Positions 10,071-18,833 of a DNA stretch of 64,000 nt are shown in pieces (position 1 is the stretch's first letter; each line of letters begins with the position of its first letter). Origin of the DNA: a virus. The notes under the pieces are model-generated. The model was given only the letters and a program-made list of their open reading frames with translations, searched no databases and was not told the DNA's origin. Location of the stretch: IMG/VR virus record IMGVR_UViG_3300009163_003337, positions 18,395 to 82,394 of that record; one strand, 5' to 3'. The position numbers and the translations under genes were made by a program.

Positions 10071-10501
10071 ATGTTTAATATCTTTGTAAAATTTAAAAAA
10101 TTAGCTGTAAATTTACCCGTTACAGATGTTGTAGTATGAGTTATAGTGTTAGCAGCACAAAAGATAGCGGCAAGCTTTAAAATGTCTATAGTGCATCTAT
10201 CTTTAATGTAAAACATTGTAAGTTCTCTTGTTAATACAGATACAATAATTACAATGTCGGCTGAATACTTTTTAAAGCCATAATCAGCTAATTCTTTATA
10301 AAAGCTATCAGCAAAGCAGCTGATGACATTGTGTGTTTTAATTTTACCTGAATAAAAGGTCGCTTGCTCAATACAATCTTTATACTTCAATAAGTATAAC
10401 TTGATATCTCTTAACTCATGAGTGTTGAAGTCTCGGTTACCGCTTCTATATGACTCTACCATGGTAGATACACTAGTATCATTAATAATATCTACGTTCA
10501 C
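10061..10501 (-). CDS. degenerate DHHA1-like domain protein
   Basis: ADIVIIV..DILKLA....GKF pattern resembles DHHA1 but lacks GGGH. Confidence 0.4.
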   Translation of the reverse strand: MNVDIINDTSVSTMVESYRSGNRDFNTHELRDIKLYLLKYKDCIEQATFYSGKIKTHNVISCFADSFYKELADYGFKKYSADIVIIVSVLTRELTMFYIKDRCTIDILKLAAIFCAANTITHTTTSVTGKFTANFLNFTKILNICT

Positions 10502-10530
10502 AGTAAATATTTAACCAAATAGTAGTAAAA

Positions 10531-11850
10531 TCAACTACTTAGCGCCTGTATTGCATTATATGAACTATCAGACTCATTTATACTAAAATCCTCCTCAGAC
10601 TGCGTAATAGTTAGGGTAGAATAATCAATTCTCATAGCTTGAGTATGGCCTCTTGGACCATATCTATTCTTCATCATACCTAGTCTAATAATACCTAATT
10701 CTCTATCTTCTGCGTTCTGATAGATAGATACAATAACATCAGCTGTAGCAGCTAAACCTACACTCTCGGAGATAGTAGCTAGGTCAGGGTTATCACTACC
10801 AAATCCTTGACGATTTAGTTGTGTAGCGCTAATTATCGGACAGTTAAATATATAGGTCATAGCGCGGACCTGCTCTGTTACGTTTTTAATTCTCTCGTAT
10901 GAATTACTACCTACCGTGGAGTGTAGTAGGTTAAGGTAATCAAGCACAATAGCATCAATCTTAATGCCTTTATCTATAATCTTCTTAATAAAAGCCTTGA
11001 GTTGGTTAGGTGTGACTGTGCTAGGAGGAAACTCCTTAATAAACATATGACCTTTACCTTCTTCCTGTTGCTCTCTTATTGCTTGCTTCAGCGATTGAGC
11101 ATTAATTGCTAATTCTTTAAGAGGTATCTTACTAACGTTGGAGCATATACGACGAGCATACAGCAATTCCGACATCTCAAGAGTAATTAATAACACATTC
11201 TTACCCTGATTAACAATATTAGTAGCTATATTACCTAAAAAGATTGACTTTCCAATATTTGTCTCACCTGCAAACACATATAATGCTCGACCATTCTCTT
11301 GAAATCCTCCATTTAATGCCTCATCAAACCAACTCCAAGTACTCGGAATAGCTTTCTGTAGGCTTGTTAGATCTTCAACAATTAAATCAATATCTCTATA
11401 TAAATCAAGACCTCTATCAGTTACAAGACTAATATTGCACGATGTCTCAAATTTATTAAGTATTTCAGAGGTATCTACCGTACCTTTAGCTATATCACCC
11501 GCAACATCGAGCATAGTATAATATACAGACTTTTCCTTAATGAATCTCTCCGTATTATCATATAATTCTGACTTGTCAATATTCTTGTCAAGGTCTTTAA
11601 ATGATTCAACAAGCTGCTTAAATGATTCTCTAAACTCATCAGTAGTAAGGTAAGCTTTAACCTCAGTAAGAGTAGGAAGTTTTTCACGCCTTGTATAGAA
11701 ATCATTAATAATTTCAAATATCTTAGCAATATTTTTTGATTTAAAATACTTCGGCTTGATATAGTCTACAATTGAAGCAAGATACGTTGAGTCAGTTAAA
11801 GATCGGTAGCATAAAATTTTTTCAAAATAATCATTATCTAAATCACTCAC
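10531..11850 (-). CDS. gp41: replicative DNA helicase (T4 gp41, DnaB family)
   Basis: AGETNIGKS Walker A, TLEMSE, IVLDYLNLL, SATQLNR, KNRYG. Confidence 0.95.
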   Translation of the reverse strand: MSDLDNDYFEKILCYRSLTDSTYLASIVDYIKPKYFKSKNIAKIFEIINDFYTRREKLPTLTEVKAYLTTDEFRESFKQLVESFKDLDKNIDKSELYDNTERFIKEKSVYYTMLDVAGDIAKGTVDTSEILNKFETSCNISLVTDRGLDLYRDIDLIVEDLTSLQKAIPSTWSWFDEALNGGFQENGRALYVFAGETNIGKSIFLGNIATNIVNQGKNVLLITLEMSELLYARRICSNVSKIPLKELAINAQSLKQAIREQQEEGKGHMFIKEFPPSTVTPNQLKAFIKKIIDKGIKIDAIVLDYLNLLHSTVGSNSYERIKNVTEQVRAMTYIFNCPIISATQLNRQGFGSDNPDLATISESVGLAATADVIVSIYQNAEDRELGIIRLGMMKNRYGPRGHTQAMRIDYSTLTITQSEEDFSINESDSSYNAIQALSS

Positions 11851-11914
11851 AAACTAATACTATAATTAAAGTTTCTATTATCAATCATTTATCCAACTCT
11901 TCTCATAATCAGTC

Positions 11915-12583
11915 TTACAGCTTACCCTTCCACTTGTTTAAAAACCACGCTTGTCCCTCTAAAAACTCCGGGGTAAATTCTCTTAGACCTGGGGAAGCGT
12001 GTGTAATCATAATATCAGATACACCTAATTTAAATCCTGCTTTATGACACTGCAAACTAAAATCTAAATCATAATGGTGAAACTTTGCTGGATTTGTTTC
12101 ATCAAATCTTACGGTTTCAAATACTCGTCGATGAATTGCTAAGAATACGCCGTCGAGTAGTACTACACGTCTTGGATAGGTTCCAAAAGCCGTCATATTT
12201 TTTTGTGTTTCCGTACCATGAGCAACAGCACCGTGTAGTTTACCACCTTCAAATCCACCTCCCATTATATGCCACAAGGCGGGCTCCTGTAATTTACATT
12301 CTGTAGTTCCAGCCACACCAACAACATCATACTCTGTATTCAATAAGCTTGGAATTTTATATATAATATCCGATTCAATGATTACATCATCATGACACAG
12401 TACGAGGTAGTCTTTCTTACCCTCGATAGCTAAATCAATTGCACGATTATAGACTTCCGGTAGTGATGAAGTATTTTTTTCTTTATATATAAATTGATTG
12501 AAGGTTGATACATTTTTATATAGGAGGGTATCTTTTCGGCTGCCTTTTGTAGCTGAGAAATATAGTGTTTTGTATTTTGACAT
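11915..12583 (-). CDS. GT-A fold glycosyltransferase-like protein
   Basis: YNRAI..VLCHDDV, LDGVFLA, FHHYDLDFS motifs. Confidence 0.8.
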   Translation of the reverse strand: MSKYKTLYFSATKGSRKDTLLYKNVSTFNQFIYKEKNTSSLPEVYNRAIDLAIEGKKDYLVLCHDDVIIESDIIYKIPSLLNTEYDVVGVAGTTECKLQEPALWHIMGGGFEGGKLHGAVAHGTETQKNMTAFGTYPRRVVLLDGVFLAIHRRVFETVRFDETNPAKFHHYDLDFSLQCHKAGFKLGVSDIMITHASPGLREFTPEFLEGQAWFLNKWKGKL

Positions 12584-12587
12584 AAGA

Positions 12588-13268
12588 TTATATAAATAAA
12601 AATGGCGATTTGGTCTCGAATGTATCAGCGATCTTCCACTCTTTAAATTCAGATAGTACCATAATCACCCCTTCTGGTAGTAATTTAAACCCTTCACCAC
12701 CAAGGGTAGAGATATCACCGGTGTCATTGTAATGAAGAATAGATCCCTGTCTTGCAATATAAACTTCATTAGTATCTGTATCTATTACACACAGCGCAAA
12801 GGTTCCTTCGAGTCTACCGAGAACCTTTTTAATAAGAGTATGAGCTAAGCACTCACCGTTACATTCTTCAGTAAAGTGTTGTAGTAAGTTAGGAATTACG
12901 GCGGTATCAACAGGATTTACATCCCAATCTACAAATTCTGCTACTAAACTCTTCGAATTAGTAAGTACACCATTGTGAACAACAGACCATGAAAGAGATT
13001 CAAAGGGGTGAGATGTATCATATGACCAGTAGCGGGCAGCTGATGTAGGTGCCTGGACGTGCCCTATATAGTAATCACATCTCTCATCTAACTGAATTTG
13101 GTTAAAATCGAGCGTACCTTGCTTTTTAATAACTTGCTGCTCGTTTCCATTGTAAAGACAAAGAACTCCACTAGCAAAATTACCGCGAGGTAGATTACCT
13201 TCATATAATACTTCAAATTTTGATACATTGTTAGATCCTATAATTGCGCAAATAATTAAGCTTCTCAC
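12588..13268 (-). CDS. class II (Ntn) glutamine amidotransferase, stand-alone
   Basis: CAIIG N-terminal motif, GHVQAPT, HPF, VVHNGVLTN, VDTAVI, LEGTFA. Confidence 0.85.
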   Translation of the reverse strand: MRSLIICAIIGSNNVSKFEVLYEGNLPRGNFASGVLCLYNGNEQQVIKKQGTLDFNQIQLDERCDYYIGHVQAPTSAARYWSYDTSHPFESLSWSVVHNGVLTNSKSLVAEFVDWDVNPVDTAVIPNLLQHFTEECNGECLAHTLIKKVLGRLEGTFALCVIDTDTNEVYIARQGSILHYNDTGDISTLGGEGFKLLPEGVIMVLSEFKEWKIADTFETKSPFLFI

Positions 13269-13325
13269 TCCTCTCTTAAAAGTATTAAAATAATAAAAAC
13301 AATAATAAGAATAGCAATCATAATA

Positions 13326-13643
13326 TTATAAATAATCTCTCCTCTCTTTTGGCATTCTCCAAAAAAAGTCAATTTGACCGGTTAAATTGTTTTTGGCTAG
13401 AGAGTATGTTGGATACTCAATACCATCAGGCATAAGATACCAGGATTTGCGTTCTTTCTTAACTTTTTCAATACCTAAATTTCTTAAAGTATTATATCCA
13501 AGACCTTTTATTTTAAAAAGATCATTGTTTGTACGGAAAGGCTGCATTGCTACAATGCGCTCAGCTACCTTCTTACCTATACCTGGCAGGTTACATATGC
13601 CTGTATAAGACATTTCATTAAAATCTTCCCAATTTAGTTGCAT
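13326..13643 (-). CDS. helix-hairpin-helix (ComEA-like) DNA-binding protein
   Basis: LPGIGKKVAERIV..PF...DLFKIKGLG. Confidence 0.85.
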   Translation of the reverse strand: MQLNWEDFNEMSYTGICNLPGIGKKVAERIVAMQPFRTNNDLFKIKGLGYNTLRNLGIEKVKKERKSWYLMPDGIEYPTYSLAKNNLTGQIDFFWRMPKERRDYL

Positions 13644-13664
13644 CTTGTATAAATATTATTATAC

Positions 13665-14753
13665 ATGAGTTCCTTTAGTAATCTACTTTCAAGGCTATCT
13701 TTTCTTAACGAGCAGTTTAAGCTAGGTAAGCCAGAGACAAAGGTGTTAAATCCAATAATTGCATCACTTAAGCATCCAACTATTTTGGATAAAAAGCCCG
13801 CGAATTCGTATTTAAAGAACTTGGTAAAAATTACTGCACTGTCGAGATTAGATCTAATAACGAATGAGCAATTTAGTATACTTAAAAGGAAAGCTGCATC
13901 TGTAACGTATATTACTAATAAGTTAAAAGAATTTGGGCTATATGATAAGTTATTTAAAGATGATGCCACAATAGATGAGGTCAATAATTTTGTTATTGAT
14001 AACGCTAGAATGCTTGTTGGTTTTGCTGCTAAGCAAATGCCTGGCGGTGGTTATGACTTACCTGATGAGGGTCTAGAGCCTGAAGAAATAGCGAGAGAGG
14101 TAGTGCAAGATTTGAGTCAAGATATAGATGACTATTCAGAGTAATTTTCAGATGCATATCAAATTGAAATTAAGTTTGCAAAGCGTACGTCAGAAATTGT
14201 TGTTACAAAGGTAGCAGAGTTGCTAAAATCTATAACATCAAACGATGATGTTATAGACATCGATGAAACAAATGGTGCTATTGATATAATTGTAGCAAAA
14301 AATACTGCATTAGATAACAGATTAGATAAAGCTGTAAAGTTAAATAATCCAACTCAAACATTTGACCAAATTGAAAGGGATATAGAGGGCTATATACACA
14401 GTAAGGCAAATATAGATGTTGTAGTTCAAGTAATGGGTCCGGACAAAGAAGCTGTATCTAATTTATCTAATAACGGTTATGAAGACGAAGAGATGTATGG
14501 TGAAGAGGAAGCTGAAGATCAAACAAATCAGGTAGGTAATTGGACAATTGAGGAGCTAGAGGGATTGGGTATAATAATGCCAAGATATACAGGTGGTAAA
14601 ACACCAATTGAAGAAAGATCAGTACTTAACTATATGTCAGAACAGAAAGTATATAATACTCCAAAGCTCGTTGTTGAATCGCAGAGCTTTAAAGACAAAT
14701 TTAAGCCAAAGACATCTAAGCAATTGGCTGAGTTAAGAAATTACGGAATGTAA
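13665..14753 (+). pseudogene. late acidic protein interrupted by one in-frame TAA (14142-14144); ORFs 13665-14144 and 14220-14753 are one frame
   Basis: both ORFs in the same frame, open on both sides of the TAA; TATAAATA at 13648-13655. Confidence 0.65.
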
Positions 14754-15559
14754 CATCCTTTAGCTTCATAAATCTCATTCAGCTTTTCTTGCTGAAGATA
14801 CTCAATAGGGTCTCTAAATCCAGCCTCAATAAAGCCAGCTAATCTCAAACTACTTGAAGGGGTAGTAGCATCAGCTAAACCATCTCCACGATTAGAATAG
14901 CATGTCCATGTGTCTTTGAAGTTTACCCCAAGCTCTACACCCTGCCTTACAATATCAGCTTTCGACATGGAGAGCAGTGGAGCTCCCACGTTAATCCTAT
15001 GTTGTCTGTTAAGTGATACTAAGCTGTTTACACTATCAACAAACTCTTGACTACCATCCCAATAACCGGCTAAAGAGTCTACTTGAGCAGCACCATACCA
15101 TACTGTATCTGCTCTAAGGCTTTCTGCATAAGCACAGCAGATCGTAATAAACATCTGATTCCTAAACGGTACATATGATACAGGTTGTGCATCACCTGCG
15201 ATTTTACTAATATCAGGGTTATCAATCTCTTCATTAGTGAGAGATGAAGTAGGTGAGATATTTTTTAAATATGTTACATCTAATGTTTTATTTGTAATAA
15301 TAACATTAGGATATTTCTCTTTAATAAGTTGATATTGAACACCCATGCACTCTAATTCCCTACTATGTCTTTGACCGTAATCAAAGGATACAGTATGGAG
15401 CTCTTTTACGCCACCTGCAGCAGCGATGTGTAATAGTAACGTTGAATCCATTCCACCTGAAAATGCCAAAACAAGCTTTTCTGGTGGTTTAGGCGCTACA
15501 TAACCGATTGATTTCTCATAGTCTGTTAAAATTTCTGATATACTTTTATCTTTATTCAT
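14741..15559 (-). CDS. queC: 7-cyano-7-deazaguanine synthase QueC (variant lacking three Zn-binding Cys)
   Basis: SGGMDS, FDYGQRH..EL, YVPFRN, SKADIV..G, TWTCY. Confidence 0.92.
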   Translation of the reverse strand: MNKDKSISEILTDYEKSIGYVAPKPPEKLVLAFSGGMDSTLLLHIAAAGGVKELHTVSFDYGQRHSRELECMGVQYQLIKEKYPNVIITNKTLDVTYLKNISPTSSLTNEEIDNPDISKIAGDAQPVSYVPFRNQMFITICCAYAESLRADTVWYGAAQVDSLAGYWDGSQEFVDSVNSLVSLNRQHRINVGAPLLSMSKADIVRQGVELGVNFKDTWTCYSNRGDGLADATTPSSSLRLAGFIEAGFRDPIEYLQQEKLNEIYEAKGCYIP

Positions 15560-16667
15560 TATCTTCTGTTGTAATTACTTCTTCTGGTACTTCATGTTCA
15601 TCGTTAGAGTATGACCACTCCTTTTTAATCTTTAACTCAAGCTTAGGAATAATAGTTTCTTCCCAAAGCTTTGTATCTTTGCGCCAGTTACGATAGTATC
15701 CTAGCTTAGTTCCGTCCTCTAGAGTATATGTAGCACCACCTTGAATGACGATACCGTGACCTACTGCAAGATCGAGTAACCCATAGTAACGATCAAGTCC
15801 TGTAGAGAATGATAAGAACATTTCACCTTCAAGATACTGTTTAATGAAGCGATTCTTACGAGTAAGAGCTCTAATAATAATACCAGAGTAGTTTTTTTGA
15901 CCTACAGCAAGTGTAGTATCAGTAGTCTTACCTCCGTCATCTTTTACTGGCTTTCGAGCTAGTTGAACTGTAACAGATGGAAGGTATACACACGCTTTGC
16001 CACCTGGCATATTTTTTTCAATCGATGGAAACATTGCTGTCGGGTCGTCATAAACGTGATTTGTCAGCAAAATCGTAGTCTGCGTTACAGATCCTAAGTT
16101 AGTGCATGTTTGCAGTAGGGTCTTCATTGCTCTAGCTTTTGAGCCCATATCTGAACTCGTACTCTCTTTACCCATTCGTGAATGCTCAAGTTCAGATTGA
16201 AGATTACCAAGTGAGTCGATGGCTACTATAAACTTACCTTGTAGTTTTTTTTCTTGTACTGTAGTTAAAAACTTATACAGAGCATTCCGTGTCTGCTCAA
16301 TACTAACACATGGAACATATTTGACTTTGGATACATCAAGACCGAGCCTTTCAGCACCGTCGCTGTCTACAGCATTTTCTGTGTCAAAAATAACAGGAAT
16401 AAGACCTTCCTTTTGTGCACTAGCAAGGATTTTTTGTACAAATAAAGATTTACCAGTCATACTCTCACCTGCCAGCATAACTACCCTACCTTTAGGTATA
16501 CCACCATATACGGATCCTGATATAATTGCATTAAGAACGTAGCTTCCCGTATCTATCCAACCTGAAACTCTACTTAGGGTATTATCACTCAGGTAAGTCG
16601 CAAATGGGTTAACTTCATCTATAGAGTCTAATGCCTTCTCAATATCCTTATCCTCAAATCTACTCAT
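15552..16667 (-). CDS. uvsX: RecA-like recombinase UvsX
   Basis: DTGSYVLN, AGESMTGKS, FDTENA, IDSLGNL, MPGGKA. Confidence 0.95.
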   Translation of the reverse strand: MSRFEDKDIEKALDSIDEVNPFATYLSDNTLSRVSGWIDTGSYVLNAIISGSVYGGIPKGRVVMLAGESMTGKSLFVQKILASAQKEGLIPVIFDTENAVDSDGAERLGLDVSKVKYVPCVSIEQTRNALYKFLTTVQEKKLQGKFIVAIDSLGNLQSELEHSRMGKESTSSDMGSKARAMKTLLQTCTNLGSVTQTTILLTNHVYDDPTAMFPSIEKNMPGGKACVYLPSVTVQLARKPVKDDGGKTTDTTLAVGQKNYSGIIIRALTRKNRFIKQYLEGEMFLSFSTGLDRYYGLLDLAVGHGIVIQGGATYTLEDGTKLGYYRNWRKDTKLWEETIIPKLELKIKKEWSYSNDEHEVPEEVITTEDNE

Positions 16668-16753
16668 ATCTATATATTATAGTAATAAACATACAAATCA
16701 ACATAAATATAATTGTAGTTCACGGAATCCTACCTCCTAACTACTCTATTGTT

Positions 16754-17488
16754 ATGAAATTAAACCAACAGCATGAACCTATTTATACACCTTATTGCTA
16801 TTTAATAGGGTGGTCAAAGCAAAACAAATTTTATTACGGTGTTAGGTATTCAAGAAAACTAAACTGTATTTACGAATATGGGTGTCATCCAGATGATCTA
16901 TGGGTATCATATTTTACTTCTTCTAAATATGTTAAAGACTATAGATTAATGTATGGAGAACCTGATATTATACAAGTAAGACGTACTTTTAAAAATATTA
17001 AAAGTGCTTTATTATGGGAGTCTAGAGTTATTAAATATGTTAAATCTAAATCTAATAATAAATGGCTAAATAAAAATTGCGGAAGTGCTGTTTATTGGGA
17101 TGATGAATTAAGACAAAGAGTTACAGGTAGAGTAGGTAGTCGGAAAAATAGAACAATGCAGGAAATGCAACCAGGTTGGGTTAATCCTGTTAAAGGTAAG
17201 ACATCGAAGGAGAGGTATAAAGGTGATTGGGTATGTTATAGAAAAGGAAAGTCAATACAGGAGATATGGGGAGATGATTATATAGATCCAAGAAGTATTC
17301 CATTTATTATTATATCTCAATTTTTAGGTGAGCTTAAATTTAATAATGTAACTGACTGCATAAGATTGACAGGTTTGGATGGTATTAGTATTATCAATCT
17401 AAAACGAACCGGTGTTCGTAAAATTCGTCGCCGATTAACTACGAAGCATATTTTTACAGAGGGGGATATACTTTACTTTAAAAAATAA
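16754..17488 (+). mobile_element. free-standing GIY-YIG (Seg-like) homing endonuclease
   Basis: PYCYLIGW..KFYYGVR, YFTSSK, WESRV, NKN; C-terminal KGK(T/S)..E repeats; likely ATG 16754 after CATAAATA. Confidence 0.8.
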
Positions 17489-17511
17489 AAATTCACTTTA
17501 AAAATCAATAT

Positions 17512-17609
17512 AAAAAAGAACCTCTCTTGGTGCGCATTATTAAGAGGCGTGGGAGGTGTTGTTTAAAAAACACCCTCGAAAGTGTGCTTAAATCAGAGGC
17601 ATCGAGGGT
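17512..17609 (-). ncRNA. tandem pair of structured RNA/terminator elements
   Basis: two ~45-nt hairpins with U-tails sharing GCCTCT..GCxCAC core and compensatory inner stem. Confidence 0.55.
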
Positions 17610-17628
17610 CTGCTAAATTTATTTATTC

Positions 17629-17976
17629 TCAGTCTTCAAAAAGTTTGATAACTTCTGCATCTCCTTGTGGAGCTTGTTGAGGTACAGGGGAATTAATGCC
17701 ATGATATTGTGTAATAATCTTGCTATCTAATTTAACACTAGTTAGCACAATAGAGGCTTTGTTGAAGGTCCAGTGATTTGCTGTTCGGGATTCAGGTGCT
17801 AGAAATTCCATAAAAATATATGGAATTGATTGAACTTGAAGTTGACCGGTTTGTTGGTTTGGCTGTACGTGTACAATTACAGGATTATCAAGTGTTAGTG
17901 TTGTCTCTGTCTGGGATACCTCAATCCCGATAACAGTACGACCGATGTGATCTACGATGGTTGTTATATTACTCAT
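17629..17976 (-). CDS. Sm-like/SH3-fold small protein
   Basis: GRTVIG....ETTLTLDNPV...GQLQVQ..PY pattern resembles Sm-like proteins of T4-like phages. Confidence 0.55.
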   Translation of the reverse strand: MSNITTIVDHIGRTVIGIEVSQTETTLTLDNPVIVHVQPNQQTGQLQVQSIPYIFMEFLAPESRTANHWTFNKASIVLTSVKLDSKIITQYHGINSPVPQQAPQGDAEVIKLFED

Positions 17977-18001
17977 AATATGATATATTATATATTAAAA
18001 A

Positions 18002-18238
18002 TTAATTTTCAACTTTCTTTTTTGACAAAGCTTTATCTACTTCTGATTTCCAATTTAAGAGTCCACGCCTCATACTCTCAATACCAGTGTGATTATTAAT
18101 ACCAGAGCCATCATCGTTTCCCATCATAATATTAGAGATAATTTCAAGTACGCTTGTAATTCCGTTATGTTTACCACGCCAGAATGCTGGATGAGCTCTT
18201 GGTGTATTATCGTGTTCAGGTTGATCTAAATATTCCAT
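18002..18238 (-). CDS. hypothetical protein
   Basis: 78 aa ORF with upstream promoter-like sequence. Confidence 0.65.
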   Translation of the reverse strand: MEYLDQPEHDNTPRAHPAFWRGKHNGITSVLEIISNIMMGNDDGSGINNHTGIESMRRGLLNWKSEVDKALSKKKVEN

Positions 18239-18293
18239 ATTAACTATAATTAGTAATATGCTTTAAAAATGCAACATATTAATAAATAATTAT

Positions 18294-18833
18294 ATGAGAA
18301 AGCAAAGTGATTGGATTTTATTAGAGCAAGCCTATGTGCAGGTACATGAAGGTGTTGCAGGGGATATGATAATTAAAGCTGGGGCTTTTCTTGTTAAAAA
18401 ATTACAAGAAGCTGATTCAAAAATGTTTAAAGAATTACAAGAGATAGTAAGTAATAAAGATGTACAAGCTTTAGATAAAATTATGAATCAACCCCAAGTA
18501 CAGCAAGCTAAAGAGTACTTTTCACAACCAATACAAGAATCAGTTTTTGGTAATGCTGGTAAAATAATTAAAAAAATATATGGTTATTTTATGAATACTT
18601 CAAAGGGTGGAGGTGTGGCTCTGTATATTTTTGGTGCGTTAAGTTTGCTAATAGCTTTATATTTAAAAAATACGGATGATTTCGCCATACGAGCAAGTGT
18701 TGAATTTACAGATGTGCTTATTAAATTTTTTACAGCAGCGGGAATTGCTGAATTAGGTCTGGGAGGTTATAGTAGATTAGATTCTAATCATTTTGACAAC
18801 AGACCAAAAGAAAATGGAAAAGTAAAGTATTAA
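18294..18833 (+). CDS. late membrane protein with internal-protein-like N-terminus
   Basis: AATAAATA at 18281; MRKQSDWILLEQAY; two hydrophobic helices near C-terminus. Confidence 0.65.
   Translation: MRKQSDWILLEQAYVQVHEGVAGDMIIKAGAFLVKKLQEADSKMFKELQEIVSNKDVQALDKIMNQPQVQQAKEYFSQPIQESVFGNAGKIIKKIYGYFMNTSKGGGVALYIFGALSLLIALYLKNTDDFAIRASVEFTDVLIKFFTAAGIAELGLGGYSRLDSNHFDNRPKENGKVKY

Noticed and set aside
14142-14144. Stop-codon reassignment suggested by an in-frame TAA
   Set aside because: TAA, TAG and TGA all end conserved genes at expected positions; this is an isolated case
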